64,000 nucleotides of DNA from Thecamonas trahens ATCC 50062 (taxonomy: Eukaryota; Protista; Apusomonadida): NCBI RefSeq assembly GCF_000142905.1, contig NW_013657637.1:1-64000 (forward strand), read 5' to 3'. Shown here one piece after another: positions 51,316-61,759 of this stretch. A model generated the notes under the pieces. It ran no database searches. It was given only the letters and a program-made list of their open reading frames with translations, and was not told where the DNA came from. The position numbers were made by a program, and so were the translations under genes. The stretch's first letter is position 1. Every line of letters starts with the position of its first letter.

Positions 51316-52089
51316 ATGGCAGCACGAAGGAAGGAGAAGAGTTTGTATGTGCTCAGGTGTGAGGGGGGCAAGTACTATGTCGGGGCGACGCGCAACGTGG
51401 CGCGGCGGGTAGGGGAGCATGCCAAGGGGCGCGGCGCGGCGTGGACTAGCCGGCATGCACCGCTTGAGCTGGTGGAGGAGCGACTCATGGCGCGGGCGGC
51501 GGATGAGGATGCGCTAGTGAAGGAATACATGGCCCAGCACGGCATCGAGAATGTCCGCGGCGGCGCGTACTCGAGCGTCACCCTCTCGCATGTGCAGGCG
51601 CAAGCGCTGGTCACCGAGCTGTGGCATGCCGAGGACCGCTGCCTCGGGTGTGGCAACCAGGGCCACTACGTCCGCGACTGTCCAGCTGACTCGGAGTCGT
51701 ACGATACCGAGTCGGACGATTCGCCGTCGCCGCCACCTGCACGGGTGGTCTGCTACGCGTGCGGCGAGACCGGCCACGTGCGCCCTGCCTGCCGTTACAA
51801 GTCGGCCACATGGTACACCTGTGGCGTGCTGGGCCACATCGCGCCCGTCTGCCCCCTGGGCGCCGACGCGGGCTCGGGCTCGTCGTCGAGCAGTCCTGAG
51901 GTGCCGCTCCGCTCGTCACGGTCGTCGCGGTCATCACGCACGCCATCACGGACCTCGCGCTCCTCAGGTGTAGTGTGCTTTGCGTGCGGCCGGTCAGGGC
52001 ACGTCCGACCTGCTTGCCGATACAAGTCGGCGACGTGCTACTCGTGCGGGGAGTATGGCCACATCGTCCCTGCGTGCCCGAACACGTGA
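51316..52089 (+). CDS. GIY-YIG endonuclease fused to five CCHC zinc knuckles (one degenerate)
   Basis: LYVLRCEGGKYYVGAT..RR..EH..G.GAAWT...EDALVKEYM..GIENVRGG; CLGCGNQGHYVRDC, CYACGETGHVRPAC, WYTCGVLGHIAPVC, CFACGRSGHVRPAC, CYSCGEYGHIVPAC. Confidence 0.9.
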   Translation: MAARRKEKSLYVLRCEGGKYYVGATRNVARRVGEHAKGRGAAWTSRHAPLELVEERLMARAADEDALVKEYMAQHGIENVRGGAYSSVTLSHVQAQALVTELWHAEDRCLGCGNQGHYVRDCPADSESYDTESDDSPSPPPARVVCYACGETGHVRPACRYKSATWYTCGVLGHIAPVCPLGADAGSGSSSSSPEVPLRSSRSSRSSRTPSRTSRSSGVVCFACGRSGHVRPACRYKSATCYSCGEYGHIVPACPNT

Positions 52090-52199
52090 ACTGTTGGTTG
52101 TTGTCCGTTCTTCCTCGCAGGATGCTCGTTTCGGGGTGGACGAAGGGGAAGCGACTTGGGGCTGGGCAGTTGTCGGTGGTGCGCTTATCTGGTGCGCCG

Positions 52200-53209
52200 C
52201 TGGCGGCGGGAGCACTGACGCTCCTGGTCAAGACGCTGGTGGTGCACGTGCAGACGCTCGCGGCGCTGGTCGCCGTGTTTGACAATGGGACTGGACGTCG
52301 GCCATGCGGAGCGTCACGTCAGCGGTCCGCAAGACCTCGCTGTAGGTGACCGGCCTCGAGTGCAACGGCATCGGGTTTGCGGGCGAGTACGTCCTATTCT
52401 GGGCGCTCGGGCCCATCATGCTCGCGGCGCTGGCGCTGGCGTTCGCCGCCGTGCGCCTCTCGTTCAAGTCGCACGCTGCGCGCAGCCCGGTGGGCGGGAC
52501 GGCCGTCGGCCTGCTCGCCGCCGCCCGCACGGCCGCCCAGCTCCGCGCCGCCGCGACCAAGTACGCGCTAGTCACGTTCTACCTTTTCGTGTACCCGCTC
52601 GTCGCGCGCTCGCTGACCCTCTTCGCGTGCGTGCCCGAGCAAGTCTCCCACCCGCAGGCGAGCTACCTGGCGAGCGCGCCGTGGCTCCGCTGTGGCTCGT
52701 CCGAGCAGGTCTCGCTTGCGCTTAGCTCTGGTGCGGTGCTGCTACTCGTCGCGGCGGCGGTGACCGTCATCGCGCTGCAGATGCGGTCGGCAGTGGTGGA
52801 CGGCCGCGACACGACGGCGTACGCGTTCCTGTACGCCGGGTTTGTGCACCGTGCGTGGTGGTTTGAGGGCGTGGTGCTCGCCCGGCGTGTGGGCGTCGCT
52901 GTGTTTGCCTCACTGCTGCCGCCCGGTACAGTCTTTGCCAGTCCAGCGCTCCAGGCTGTTGTGGTTGCCTTCCTCCTGGTGCTCCTGTTCGTCCGGCCCA
53001 ACCGGACCAATCTCGCGCTCCAGCTGGAAGCGGCAGCAACTGTGACGGCGCTGATCTCGGTCGTGCTCGTCCAGAACATGCTGTACACCGCCACCAAGTC
53101 GTCCCTCGCCGCGATGACGCTCCTCGTCATCGTCCTCAACGGCGCTGTCATCGCCGCCCTTACGGCTGGCCTCCTCGCTCCGCTTTTTGTCCTCCTCCGC
53201 GGCCGCTGA
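52200..53209 (+). pseudogene. Orphan C-terminal multi-TM fragment of a receptor paralogous to 53575-56070
   Basis: LVKTLVVHVQTL..(frameshift ~52290)..KTSL*VTGLEC (in-frame TAG at 52343)..SYLASAPWLRCGS..YAFLYAGF..WWFEGVVLARR; no ectodomain upstream. Confidence 0.75.
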
Positions 53210-53574
53210 CCTCTCTCCACGTCCGAAAATGATCGTAACCGGTGAGCCGGCCGATGCCGGACGACTCAGCTGGCTTGCGCGGAGCGGCCGTCCCAGCGGC
53301 CGTCCCTCATCAGCTCGCCCCACCCACCACACGCTCGCCCCCACCCACACGCCCCAAAACCGGCCCACCTCTCAACCACCCCCAACCCCATTTACCGCCT
53401 AGATCTAATGATAATCCCCGCACCCATCCCCTCCCCCGGATTGCCGACCCGGGTTCGTGACCGCCACTGCCCCAGCTCACCACCCCCCCACCACACGCAT
53501 GCCCGCTGACCCCGACAACATCGAGGCGGCGATTGGGTGCTACGAGGTGGCGCTGGATGTGCGCACGCGTGAGT

Positions 53575-56070
53575 ATGCTTGTCGGCAGCTCGACCTTTGA
53601 TCGTAACTCGGCCACCACTGGTGGCGTTCTCGCCGTCCTGCAGGACTTTAACCCGCAGGTGATCTCTTCCGGAGCGGTCGCTCACCCGGCTCTGCTCAGC
53701 CTTCCCTATGTCCGATACGTCGCGGCACACGTTGTACTGGACAACGTCACCGTCACTGACAATGGCGCTGCCTATGGCGGTCTCTTCTTTCTGGTCGGCT
53801 GCTCGATTGAGGTTACTGGCCGCGTCCGCGGCTGGGGCAACAGCGTGCTCGGAGAGGCAGGATCAGTGGCATACGCCTCGCAAGCACTCGGAGAGCACAA
53901 AACTGATCTGGGGGTTCTTGTCCGCGGGACAAACAAGAGTCGCGCTGATCTTCGCAGCGCGTGCCTGCCCGTGCGCTGGGGAGGTGATGTGGCCACACCG
54001 ATTGCCACCATCGAGTGGCTCGTTGGCGCGGATCAGCTCAACGGCACTGCCGTCCCGTCGGGCTTTGCTCTACCGCACAACTTTGCTGTTGTTGTTCGCG
54101 ACACCAACGGTGCGCTGGTCATTGATTCGGATGTCGTCATCGAGCTCCAGGTCTACGATGGCAAAGGTGGGAGCTTCGCCATCTTCGGCGGAACGCCGCA
54201 GATCATTCTCCGCCATAACGTCACCGAGCTGACAAGCATGGGCATTGCTATCACTTCGATGGATCAGATCGGATCCTGGGTTACTGTCCGCGCCTTGGCC
54301 TCGTACGCTGCGGTGGAGGGCTTCTCTAACGTGGCTACACAAGCCATCTCGCTGCTCATCGATGGCTGCCCTGGGAATCGACCCCCGGTGCCCCACGGCG
54401 ACAGCGCACTCGTCTGCGTCTGCCCCGTCAATGCCATATCGATGCAGCTGATTGACGCCGAGACCGGCGTGCAGCGAACAGGCTGTGGATGCACCGCCCA
54501 ATTCTGGACGCCGAGTCTTCCGGTGGCGCGATGCGATCGTTGCCCCATCGGCGGAGACTGTGTCGGTGGCGAGGCCAAGCCAAGTGCGGCTGACGGCTAC
54601 TTCCCCACCTCGGATCCAAGCTACTTTCTTAAGTGCCCGATTGATGGCGCATGTGCAGGCTCCGGAACTTGTGCTGCTGGCTACAGTGGTCGGCTTTGTG
54701 CCAAGTGTGCAAGCGGATGGTACGCAACGGGCCTGGCTGCCGGGAAGTGCACGCAGTGCAAACTCGGCGCCGCCGGAACAGCCGCCGTCCTCGCGACCAT
54801 CGGCGTGCTTTGCATCTTCTTACTTGTTGGCTATGTAGTCACCCCGCAAAGCATCAGCAACGACCGCGCCAGTCGTGCCCCGGGCTCGTTGCAGGAAGCG
54901 CCGATGTCGCTATGGGACCGGAGCCGCAGCCACACCGGCAGGATCAAGACCTTGGCTATGTCTTCCATTATCGAACTTGTTGTGGTCGTTCTTCTTGGTG
55001 TCTTTGGTCTTGCAAAAGCCTGGGAGGTCGTGGTCATCGGCCTTTGCCTTGTCACGCTAAGCCTGTACGCCGTAGTCGACAGGCCTGCACAGACAACCCG
55101 GATCTCTGCAGTGCTCAAAACTATTGTGGTCTTTGTGCAGACAGTCGGTGCGGTGCTAAGCTCTGGGAATGGTCTTTTGTCATCATCGTCGTCGCTACAC
55201 ACCATCTATGGCGTGCTTCAGCGTGCCAGCCTGACCCTCACCGGCCTGGGCTGCCTTGATCTGGGGCAACTGGGCCTCCTCTGGCTCTTTGTGGCTCTGA
55301 CTGCCGGCCCGGTTCTCCTCTGCCTCGCCCTCCGATACGCGCCATGCCAGAGTCAGGGCATGCGGCGCCGAGCCGAAGGTGCAGCAGGCACCCTCGGCTA
55401 CCTTTTTGTCTTTCCACTCCTGCACCACTTGCTGGAGCACCTCTCGTGCGTCCCCGATCCGACGCCTGGTGCCCATCGCTCGTACCTGGATGCGGCACCC
55501 TGGATCGCTTGCGGCTCGGACGAACACATCGCACTCGTGGCGTCGGCTTTGAGTGTTCTGCTTGGTATTGCCTCTGCAGTTGCCGTCACCAGCGCAGTGG
55601 CCTGGTGCGCCCATCAAGCTAGTGAGCGCGAGATCTGCGATGATCGCCTCGTCCCGCTGCTCGACAGTGATGCGATGGTCATGGTTGCCGAGCATTCGCC
55701 TGTTGCCTTTCTTTGGCACACCTTCCGAGCCGAGGCCTGGTGGTATGAGGGTGTGGTTTTCACGCGAAGAGTGGCGATTGCGGTGGCGGTGGCGACCATT
55801 CCGAGAGGATCGGTCTTTACCAGCGGTGTGCTAGCCGCGACAGTCGCCGTGTCGCTCGCGGCTCACCTGCACTTTCGTCCGTACATCGACGAAGTCGCAC
55901 ACCGCATGGAGATCACAGGCCTTGTGGCCGCTCTCATTGTCATTCAGATTGTCGGCATGATGGAGCAAGCCGAAGCCGAGACTTCGATCGCCGTCCTCGC
56001 CGCCGAGTTTGTCATTGTCACCATTGGCGTGGTCGCGACCGGCCTTGTTGTGGCAGCCGGCGCCGTGTAA
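53575..56070 (+). CDS. 3' part of a beta-helix (GGxx repeat) / Cys-rich / multi-TM receptor-like gene; lacks signal peptide
   Basis: FDRNSATTGGVLAV, DNGAAYGGLFF; CDRCPIGGDC..CAAGYSGRLCAKC..GWY; TM bundle with SYLDAAPWIAC and AFLWHTF..WWYEGVVFTRR. Confidence 0.75.
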   Translation: MLVGSSTFDRNSATTGGVLAVLQDFNPQVISSGAVAHPALLSLPYVRYVAAHVVLDNVTVTDNGAAYGGLFFLVGCSIEVTGRVRGWGNSVLGEAGSVAYASQALGEHKTDLGVLVRGTNKSRADLRSACLPVRWGGDVATPIATIEWLVGADQLNGTAVPSGFALPHNFAVVVRDTNGALVIDSDVVIELQVYDGKGGSFAIFGGTPQIILRHNVTELTSMGIAITSMDQIGSWVTVRALASYAAVEGFSNVATQAISLLIDGCPGNRPPVPHGDSALVCVCPVNAISMQLIDAETGVQRTGCGCTAQFWTPSLPVARCDRCPIGGDCVGGEAKPSAADGYFPTSDPSYFLKCPIDGACAGSGTCAAGYSGRLCAKCASGWYATGLAAGKCTQCKLGAAGTAAVLATIGVLCIFLLVGYVVTPQSISNDRASRAPGSLQEAPMSLWDRSRSHTGRIKTLAMSSIIELVVVVLLGVFGLAKAWEVVVIGLCLVTLSLYAVVDRPAQTTRISAVLKTIVVFVQTVGAVLSSGNGLLSSSSSLHTIYGVLQRASLTLTGLGCLDLGQLGLLWLFVALTAGPVLLCLALRYAPCQSQGMRRRAEGAAGTLGYLFVFPLLHHLLEHLSCVPDPTPGAHRSYLDAAPWIACGSDEHIALVASALSVLLGIASAVAVTSAVAWCAHQASEREICDDRLVPLLDSDAMVMVAEHSPVAFLWHTFRAEAWWYEGVVFTRRVAIAVAVATIPRGSVFTSGVLAATVAVSLAAHLHFRPYIDEVAHRMEITGLVAALIVIQIVGMMEQAEAETSIAVLAAEFVIVTIGVVATGLVVAAGAV

Positions 56071-56085
56071 GCGGCATCCCAGCCT

Positions 56086-56573
56086 TTAACCCTCATCGGT
56101 ACGGTCGTTCGGACGCGTTGTCGCGCGTCTCAAAGTGAACAACTCGATGATGCTTGACTTCCCGGTGGGAGGCGCGCCCGCACGTGATGGCGGCCGACAC
56201 GTAGACGCCCGATCAGCCGGGAGAGCGCGGGGACTTCTTGCGACGGACGAGCTTGCCGGTCGGCGTGGCTGTGCAAGTGGTGGCACGCCATCTTGAACTG
56301 GATTCTGGACGCCGCGTACGCCCTCTACGCTGACGCGAGCCAACGCCCCGCCATGACTCGCTTGGCTTTCTCTACAGCATCATCGGCGCCTTCGCCGCCG
56401 TAGCCGACGCCATCAGCTCCGCGCCCTTCGCCGACTGTTTTCTGTTGTGGCAGCCATGAACACATTGTACTACTCTTTTACCGCAATCTGATGGACGTTG
56501 CGACGTCTGTGGAGCGTCGCGGAGCGCGCGGCTTGCGCGATGCACAAGTTTGTCCATTCCGTACCGTAAAAGG
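56086..56573 (+). mobile_element. Degenerate, internally deleted piggyBac-like transposon
   Basis: TTAA (56086) + CCCTCATCGGTACGG; imperfect inverted copy CCGTACCGTAAAAGG at 56559-56573. Internal frame CKWWHAILNWILDAAYALY..MTRLAF (56272-56370) and GRCDVCGASRSARLARC resemble the transposase C-terminus and Cys-rich domain. Confidence 0.7.
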
Positions 56574-56739
56574 ACTACAACCCCAGCCTACGTGGTGCGT
56601 GGGTGGTGTATGCGCGACAGAGAAGACGCAGTGCGTGACAGTTTGTTGTTGATGGAAGAGGGGGGGGGGGGGGGGGGGGCCTCCAGCCAACCCACGTCTC
56701 AGCGAGATCAGCAGGCTCAGGCAGTGCACAGAGGCACAC

Positions 56740-59700
56740 TCAGCAGTAACCACGACGGACGGCGGTGCCGTCGGTCATGGCCTGGAAGAGGCGCAGTGTG
56801 AGAGCGATTTCGTCGCGGAGCTCGCGCGAGGCGCAGGTCATGTCGTACGAGGCGCCGTCCTTGAGATGGATGGTAAAGTCGGCGGGAGCGTCGTAGGAGA
56901 GAACGACCCGCGACTGAGCCGAGTATGGGGCCTTGAACCGGGTCTTGGCACCCGAGTCTGTCCGCTCGCGAAGCTTGATCTTCTCGGTGTTAGCGAGGAT
57001 GATCCAGGGCTGCGGCGGCGATGCCGGCGACGGCTTGTAGCTGACGTCCCACGAGACTTCGCCGGCCTGGACGTGGGCCTCGATGCGAGCGCGCAGGTCG
57101 GCGCGGCAAGGGACCGGGTCAGTAAATGCCTCCTTGGGCTCGCCACGGACGCCATCGGCGCGGACCGGGACAAAGACGATCTTGAGGTGGTGGTCGACGT
57201 CGTCGGCGTTGCCCTTGTACTGCGAGAGCTTTGCGCCCGGAATCTCGGCCCAGAGCGAAGGCGCGTCCTTGGACGCCCGCATCCAAGTCTTCTCGCACGG
57301 GCCCTGCGGGTGGCCAAAGTAGAGGCCGCGGATGCGGAAGAGGGCGTCGTGGGCAAACTCGCCCTCGGTGGTGATGGTCAGCTCCTCGAGGCGCGGGAAG
57401 GCTGACTGGACCGGCGGGGTGGTGGCGGTGACGGGCTCGCCCTCAACACCTGCGGCGTCGACGGGGATGGCCTCGACGGCGAGCGTCTGGGCCACGTCCT
57501 CGGCGGTCGGAGTGTAGGTCGAGAGGTTGCCGCGGGCGAGGGCAAGGCCTGCGCGGAGCCACTGGAAGGTCACCCGCGACGGGTCGGTGTTCTCGGTGGC
57601 GGTGAAGATGGCGTGGAGGACTTCGCCCTCCATGGGCTCGCCCTCGATGGTGAGCGAGAGAATACGCGGCGGGCCAGCCGAGATAGGGCCGACCGGCGAG
57701 GCACGGACCGGCTCGCCGGCTACGCCGTCAGAGCGGACCGGAGTGTAAACAAAGACGAGCGAGGCGCCAAAGTCAGTTGGCGTTGGCTGGTACGCCATCT
57801 CGGTTGCGTCCTCGATGACGGTCTCGTTGCCCGCGGCGTCGAGCCGGAGCCAGGCAAAGGCCGACGCGCCCTCGGCGCCACCAAAGTACATGCCCGAGCC
57901 GACAATGAGCGAGAGTGGCTCGGAAGGGTCCTGAACAGTGGCACTGACGTCCGAGACCCGCGGCGCGCCCTGGTGGACCGGGCCACGGGTGGCAAGAGCC
58001 ACGGTCTCGCCAATCTCGCCGTCGGAGCGGACCGGCGTCCACTCGAAGAGCAAGATCTTGCCGACGTCGGCGTTGACAGGGGTGTACTCGAGGGTCTCGG
58101 CCACGCACGAGCCCTTCTCGCCGTCCTCGATGCGGTACCAGGCGAAGACGTGGTCGCCCTCGACACCACCCGAGTACTCGCCCACCGGTACCAGGGACTT
58201 GCCCTCGACCGGCGCGTCCGGGTTGCCGTACTCGGCGGCGTCAGCCTCAGACTCGGGCAGGAACCAGTCGAGCGAGGCGAGTGCCGGCGGCGCGGGTTTG
58301 ACCACAGGCGTGGTGTACGAGAGAGTCTCGCCGCGGGCGCCATCCTCACGGATCGGAGTGTAGTCGACGCGGAGCTTGGACTCAAGGTCGTCGGATGAGA
58401 CCTTGTAACTCGCACCGTCGGCAATGTGCTTGGCGAGCGATTCCATGCCCGGGTAAACGCGGTACCAGCGGATGAGCGAGGCGCCCTCGACGCCGCCCGA
58501 GTAGTCGCCGGTGACGGAGAGGACTGCGCCCTGGGCGAGGGTGCCGGCGACAGCGAGGCTCTCAAAAGCAGGCTCGCCAGGCGCAACGGCGCCGTGGACC
58601 CGGATGGTGACGCGGTCGCCACGGACGCCGTCGCAGCGGATGGGGCGGACCTCGACCATGACCTCAAAGCCGACGTCGTCAGCAGTAAGGGTGTACGTCC
58701 ACGAGGCCTTGGCGCAGAGGGCAAGCTTCTTTGGACCGCGCATGCGGTACCACTTGACCTCGGATGCACCCTCTTCGCCGCCAAAGTACAGGCCCTCGAC
58801 AGCAAGGGTGGCGCGCTCGACGAGCTCGCCGGTGATGCGGCCCTCGATAAACTTGGGCTCGGCCATCTCGATGATCGGCGTGGTGTAGATGCCCGGCCGG
58901 CCCTGAACGCCGTCCTCGCGGGCAGGCTTGATCTTGAACTTGAGCACACGGTTGATGTCGTTGTAGCCTGGGACGTACACCATCTGGTTCTCGGTTCCCT
59001 CGATGAGCTCAAAGACCTCATGATCCTCGTCCTTGGAGCGGTACCAGGCGCAGCTCGACTCGCCCTCGACGCCGCCGAGGTAGACGGCAGTGGCAAGCAG
59101 CTCCTCGCCCTCGACAAACTCGCCCTCGACGGCAACATAGACAATGCACGGCTCACACGGCTGGACCGGCTGCGAGGTAAAGGCGCGTGCGGGCTTGCCG
59201 AGCTTGCCGTCGGTCCGGGCCGGGAGGTAGTCGACGCGGAAGAGGTATCCGACGTCGACGAGATTCGGCGTGTACGTCTTGGAGCGGACGTCGTACATGA
59301 GCTCCCAGTCGTCGGGATCGTCGTCAATATGACGGCGGTACCAGGTGATCTGCGAGCGGCCCTCGATGCCGCCAAAGTAGTTGACGGCGGCGGTGAGCGG
59401 GTAGGCCTCGAGGAAGGGACCGTCGGGGTGCGGCTCGATGTGGAGGTTGGAGATGCACGGCGGGCATGGCTGGATGGCCGGCGTGACCGCCGATGACGGA
59501 ATGCCGGCGAGGCCGGCGGCGTTGACGGGCGTGTACTCAAACTTGAGGACGTGGTCGACGTCGGCAGCCGACGTCGTGTACTCGGACGAGGTCGCGCCCG
59601 GAATGGGCCGGAACATCTGCGTCGAGAGCTTCTCGGAGCGCAACCAGCGGAAGGTGGAGATGCCTTCGCGACCACCAAAGTACTCGCCGAGACCGCGGAG

Positions 59701-61565
59701 GACGGCGGTCTCGACAAAGTCGCCGGCGTCGGACGCGACGCGGACATTTCGGACGGTCGGCGGCGCGGCCGAGATGATGCCCGACTTGCCGAGGATGGCC
59801 TCGCCGATGGCGCCGTCGTCGCGGACGGGCGTGTACTCAACCCGGAGCGTGCAGTCGACGTCCTCCTTGACGAGCGTGTACTCGCGGACCGAGGCTGACG
59901 AGATGAGCTCGGGCGCGGCGTCGGGCGGGCAGCGGAACCAGGTGAAGAGCGAGGCGCCCTCGGTGCCGCCAGCGTAGCTGGTGACGGCGGTGACTGTTGC
60001 ACCCTCGACGAGCTCGCCCTCGATCGACGCCGAGAGCGCGCGCGGCTCCGAGGCGACAATGGTGTTGGAGATGGCAAAGACGGTCTCGCCAAAGTCCTCG
60101 GCCTCAACGTTAATGACCGGTGTGCACTCGACCTTGAGCGAGCAGCCGACGTCGTCGGCTGTCGCCACATACGACGCGGTCACAGCGCCCGGGATTTCCT
60201 CAAAGTAGCCCGAGCGGTCGCCGCGGAGCCACTGAAAGTCAAAGTAGAGGCCGGTTGCCGCGTCGTAGCCCTCCTGCAGGTTGTCGTACCGAACACCGTC
60301 CCACACAAACGAAAACTCCGCTTGCAGGCTGGCGCCCTCCTGCGGGTAGCCCGAGATGGCGGCGGCGAGGAGCGGGAGCGGAGAGGCCAGCGTCTCGTGC
60401 TTCTGCATCTCAAAGAGGAACATCTGCGGGTCGCCGTCACCGACCATGGCGCCATAGCGAATGGCGATCGAGGTGACTGCCGAGAACGAGGCCGCGAGCT
60501 CGTGATCCTCGGGCGAAATGAGCTGCCCGTTGATCTTGCGGATGGTCGGCCCGCAGGCAATGACCGCCGTCAGCATAAACTGCTCGTGGCGCTCGAGCGG
60601 GTTGCCCACGCACCGCAGCGAGTCGAGCTTGGGAAAGGCCGGCATGCCGTCAAAGCTCTCCACGAGGTTGTGCGAGAAGAAAAAGGCCCGGAGCGACGGC
60701 TGCGGCTGCATGAACCGCAGCGAGGTGATCTCGTTCTGAGTCACAGAGAGCGTCTCCAACAGCGGCATGGTCGGCAGGTCGTCGAGCGAGACCAGCGAGT
60801 TGGCGTTGAGGTACAGCTCGCGGAGGTTGGGCAGGACGCCCAGAAATTCGAGCGACTCGAGGCAGTTGGACGAGACGTCTACCACCTTCAGGTTCGGCAT
60901 GTAGCCCAGGCCCTGGAACGAACGAAGAAAGTTGGAGCGGAGGTAGAGGAACTCGAGCCGCATCTGATGTGCGCCGAGGCAGTCGAGCGACTTGAGCTCG
61001 CGCTCGTTGAGCTCCAGCCGACCGTCACGAGGCGCAATCTTGTGCGGCAGCTTGGGCCTCCCGCCCTTCTTGGCCCGCTTCTTTGCGGCGTTGAGGCGGA
61101 CAATGGACGAGTCTGCCACCGACGAGCTGCCTCCCGGCGAGGCCGTTCCCCGCGACGAGCGATCGTGGAGCGTCTGGCAGCCGACCTCCGACCACCGGCA
61201 GGCGAAGAAGCCACGGATGAGATGGGCGAGTAAGGGCCAGCCGGAGTACGACGGGAGGAAGAGCGAGGCGCAGCAGGCGAGCTTGTGAGACGACCACCAA
61301 GCGAAGCTGACCGAGCCACCAGAGCGGCATGAACTTGTGAAGCAGCCATATGGCGAGGACCACTTGTTGAATAATGCATACTCGCAGGAGTACTCCCACC
61401 AGTACCACTAGTACCATGACCATGACCATGCCTGCTGCCTCCGTCACGGGTCGAAAAACTTTGCCCACCACCACCACCATTGCCACCACGGCTACCACCA
61501 CGACTGGCACCACGGCTACCACCATTCCGTCCAGACGGCGTACTCCCGTTGCCACTCCCGTACAT
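56740..61565 (-). CDS. AIR9: AIR9-like microtubule-associated protein (basic Ser/Arg-rich N-terminus, LRRs, ~11 A9 Ig-like repeats); one frameshift near 61160
   Basis: LEFLYLRSNFL LRRs; repeated Y.GG.EG.S...W.R...Y.PT..DVG..L.F..TP.R.DG..G (A9). N-terminal ORF 60888-61565 joins the main frame if one C is added at ..ACGATC|GCTCGTCG.. Confidence 0.92.
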
Positions 61566-61759
61566 ACTGTATCTTCACAGCTGTACTACTGTATGGAGAG
61601 GGGACGTGTAGGGCGTGGACAAGTAGAGTGTGTTGCTGTTGGCAGAGTGCGGTGAGGAGGAGGGGGGGGGGGGGGGGAGGGGGAGGGGAGGGCGGGAGGA
61701 TAGGTCGAGTATAAAGAATCCTAGGTCGTTGGCTCCACCGTGAATGAATGATCAATATT

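Larger units (their letters stand above)
46553..53574. mobile_element. Putative ~7 kb inserted accessory island (nucleases, zinc fingers, gene fragments); boundaries approximate
   Basis: Lies between FG-GAP 5' part and beta-helix/TM 3' part of a receptor-type gene; contains two nuclease ORFs and broken fragments; no convincing TIR/TSD found. Confidence 0.45.
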
